From IMG/VR virus record IMGVR_UViG_3300014205_000006, positions 37,278-101,277 of that record: a stretch of 64,000 bases of DNA, one strand, 5' to 3'. The number at the start of each line of letters is the position of its first letter. Positions within the stretch are counted from its first letter, which is position 1. Positions 61,898-64,000 of this stretch are shown piece by piece. The notes below the pieces were generated by a model that saw only the letters and a list, made by a program, of their open reading frames with translations, searched no databases and was not told the origin of the DNA. This stretch comes from a virus. Taxonomy: Duplodnaviria > Caudoviricetes. The position numbers were made by a program, and so were the translations under genes.

Positions 61898-62550
61898 ATG
61901 GGTATGGGTCTTGTCTGGGCGCAGACGGCGGTGCTTGAGTGCGAGAACGGTGACTCCATCACCTACCGCACCAAGTACACCGCCGCTGACCGTGACTACA
62001 TCTCGCAGCGGGCGACCAAGGTGCGCCGCGCCATCGTGGAGGGAGACGACCAGCCTGACCTGGAACTCTCGCTCAACATGAGCGCGATGGCCATCGCCAC
62101 GGCGGAGCGGATGATCGAGGGCTGGACGTTCCGGTTCCCCGAGGGGCACCCGATGGCCGGCAACCCGGTGCCGCTGACCAAGGAGTACATCGGGCGTCTG
62201 GACGAGGACACCATCAAGGCGTTGAACGAGGCGCTGACGGCGGCCAACCCCGTTCGGACGGCTGCCCAGTCAAAATCCTAGAGGAGGAGTTGTACGCAGC
62301 CCTCAGGTATGGCGAGCCCTTGCCGGCGGACTTTCATGAGGCACAACTCCTCCGAAGGATGAAGGTGCGGCCAACGTACACGGAAGCGGTAGGGGTGATG
62401 CCCGTACAGCTGGTCGCGGACTTGGTCACGCTTGAGTACATCGAGGCGCGAGTCAGGGCAGAGGCTTCCGGCGGCGGAAGCGCTCTCAGCCAAGAGGACG
62501 ATGAAGAGGACGGCGACGAAATCCTGCGCTCACTAGGAGTGGAATACTAG
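61898..62550 (+). CDS. tail assembly chaperone (61898-62281) with probable -1 frameshift extension to 62550
   Basis: Downstream ORF is in the -1 frame, overlaps the stop, and precedes the tape measure. Confidence 0.6.
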
Positions 62551-64000
62551 GTGGTCAGCGGCAACGGCGACATCGTCATCCGTCTGCGGGCTGAAGATGA
62601 CTTCAGCGACATCATGGACACGTTCCGTGATCAGGTGGGTGACGCGCGCCTTGCCGTGAGCGACCTTGAAGAGGGCAACATCTCTGCCCGTGAATCCTCT
62701 TCTGAGCTGATGCAGGCCGAAGCGCTCCTCAGCGACATCCTCTCCCAACTCAACAACAACCTCACGAACAGCGTGGGGGCGCTCGGCGAGGTACAGTCAG
62801 AGGCGCTGTTGGTCGCCAATGGCACGTCCGAGGCGGCGCTCACGGCGGGCGCTCTGTATGGGGCGCTTGACCTGTTGGTCGGCTCCGCGACCGAGGCCTC
62901 GCAAGCGCTGTCAGGCCTCGCCGACAACGGGCTCGGCGGTCTGACGCAGCAGCAGAATGACCAAGCCGACTCCGCTGAGGCGAGCGCCGCCGCCTCGGGC
63001 GATATGACTGACGCACTCGGCAATCTGTCGTCGGGCGTCAGCAACCTCGCCCCGCAGTTGAACACGCTGGTCGGTGTGACAGGCAACTTCGCCACGTCCA
63101 TGGAGGGCATCGTCACCGGCCTCAACAGCGAGACGGGCTTGATCGGTACGGTCACCGCGTTCACCGCAGCCGTCGCCGCGACTGCCGCCGCTGTCGGATT
63201 CCTCGGCAAGTCCGGCATCGACTACATGGACCAGCAAGCGCGCATCAGCACGATGACCGGCCTCGCCATCGAGGAGGTTGACCGCTGGTCCACGGCGATG
63301 AACCTCGCGAATGTGAGTTCCAGTCGCCTCTCCCTCATCACGCTCCGCCTCGGCAACTCAATGGAGGAGGCGATGGCGGGCGGCACGTCGCGAGCGGCAG
63401 ACGCCCTGCGCGAACTCGTGCCGGGCCTCAGCGATGCGAACGCGCAAGCGATGGAGATGGACGAGTTGCTCCCGCTCGTGTTCGGCAGCCTTCAAAAGAT
63501 GGACGAGCAGACGCGGAACGCGGCGGGCTCGGCACTGTTCGGCGTTCGTGCTTGGCGCGAGTTCATCCCTCTTGTCAAGGACTTCGAGGGGAAGATGGAC
63601 GCGGCGAATGGCGTGCTCGCCCGCACGCCCATCGAGATGCAGCAAGCGTCCGACATGACCGACCGCTACAACCTCGCCGCTGAGGAGTTGGGACGGCAGT
63701 GGACTGCCCTCGCCGTGACCGCTGCACCCCTCGTGCTCGCCTCGGTCGAGGCGATTCTGACCGGCATCAACGCACTGAAGAGCGCGACGATGGGCTCCAT
63801 CGGCTTCGTCAAGGAGCACTCCGCCGCTTTCATAGCCCTCTCCGTGGCCATCGGCATCGTCGCCGCGCCCGCCGTGATCAGCGCGCTCGTCTCGGGCCTC
63901 ACAGCCCTGAGCGTCGCGATGGCGGCTGGCGCGCTCGCAGCGATGGATCTCACGGCCACGATGTGGGGACTCTCGGCGGCCATCGTGGGCAACCCCGCGA
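62551..64000 (+). CDS. tape measure protein, 3'-truncated (not in ORF track)
   Basis: GTG start, MVSGNGDIVIRLRAEDDFS; Ala/Leu-rich helical frame running to the window end. Confidence 0.85.
   Translation, partial: MVSGNGDIVIRLRAEDDFSDIMDTFRDQVGDARLAVSDLEEGNISARESSSELMQAEALLSDILSQLNNNLTNSVGALGEVQSEALLVANGTSEAALTAGALYGALDLLVGSATEASQALSGLADNGLGGLTQQQNDQADSAEASAAASGDMTDALGNLSSGVSNLAPQLNTLVGVTGNFATSMEGIVTGLNSETGLIGTVTAFTAAVAATAAAVGFLGKSGIDYMDQQARISTMTGLAIEEVDRWSTAMNLANVSSSRLSLITLRLGNSMEEAMAGGTSRAADALRELVPGLSDANAQAMEMDELLPLVFGSLQKMDEQTRNAAGSALFGVRAWREFIPLVKDFEGKMDAANGVLARTPIEMQQASDMTDRYNLAAEELGRQWTALAVTAAPLVLASVEAILTGINALKSATMGSIGFVKEHSAAFIALSVAIGIVAAPAVISALVSGLTALSVAMAAGALAAMDLTATMWGLSAAIVGNPA

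Overview
A 64 kb slice of a high-GC (about 67-68% by eye) tailed dsDNA phage with siphovirus-like tail genes. No integrase, att site or host genes are visible. Gene order: (1) replication, recombination and nucleotide module, 1-15.6 kb (gp32-like SSB, flavoprotein, dUTPase-HAD fusion, DnaE, RuvC-like, RecA, DUF559 nuclease, Cas4-like exonuclease, GT2, DUF550, dCMP deaminase, regulators, a Tad1-like protein). (2) A TerS-like gene between two long non-coding tracts, one holding a tRNA-like RNA. (3) Small Cys-rich ORFs and tRNA-Gln. (4) TerL, portal, MuF. (5) A divergently transcribed early island (VWA/metallopeptidase plus MoxR AAA+) with matching sigma70-like promoters. (6) gmd, then an effector island. 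(7) Mu-I-like protease, capsid, a glycosyltransferase/radical-SAM block, neck, tail and a truncated tape measure. The most striking feature is a 12-residue peptide tag, F-H-x-[DE]-H-D-Q-x-x-H-[GN]. It occurs nine times in seven ORFs around the head module, in front of varied toxin-like or enzymatic domains (zeta kinase, papain/transglutaminase fold, GNAT, DUF4258, PD-(D/E)XK). In the 45-49.4 kb block the apparent antitoxin of one toxin is fused to the start of the next tagged protein. This suggests an undescribed virion-loaded, protease-processed polymorphic effector system. All functional calls come from motif recognition by eye; no database search was run.
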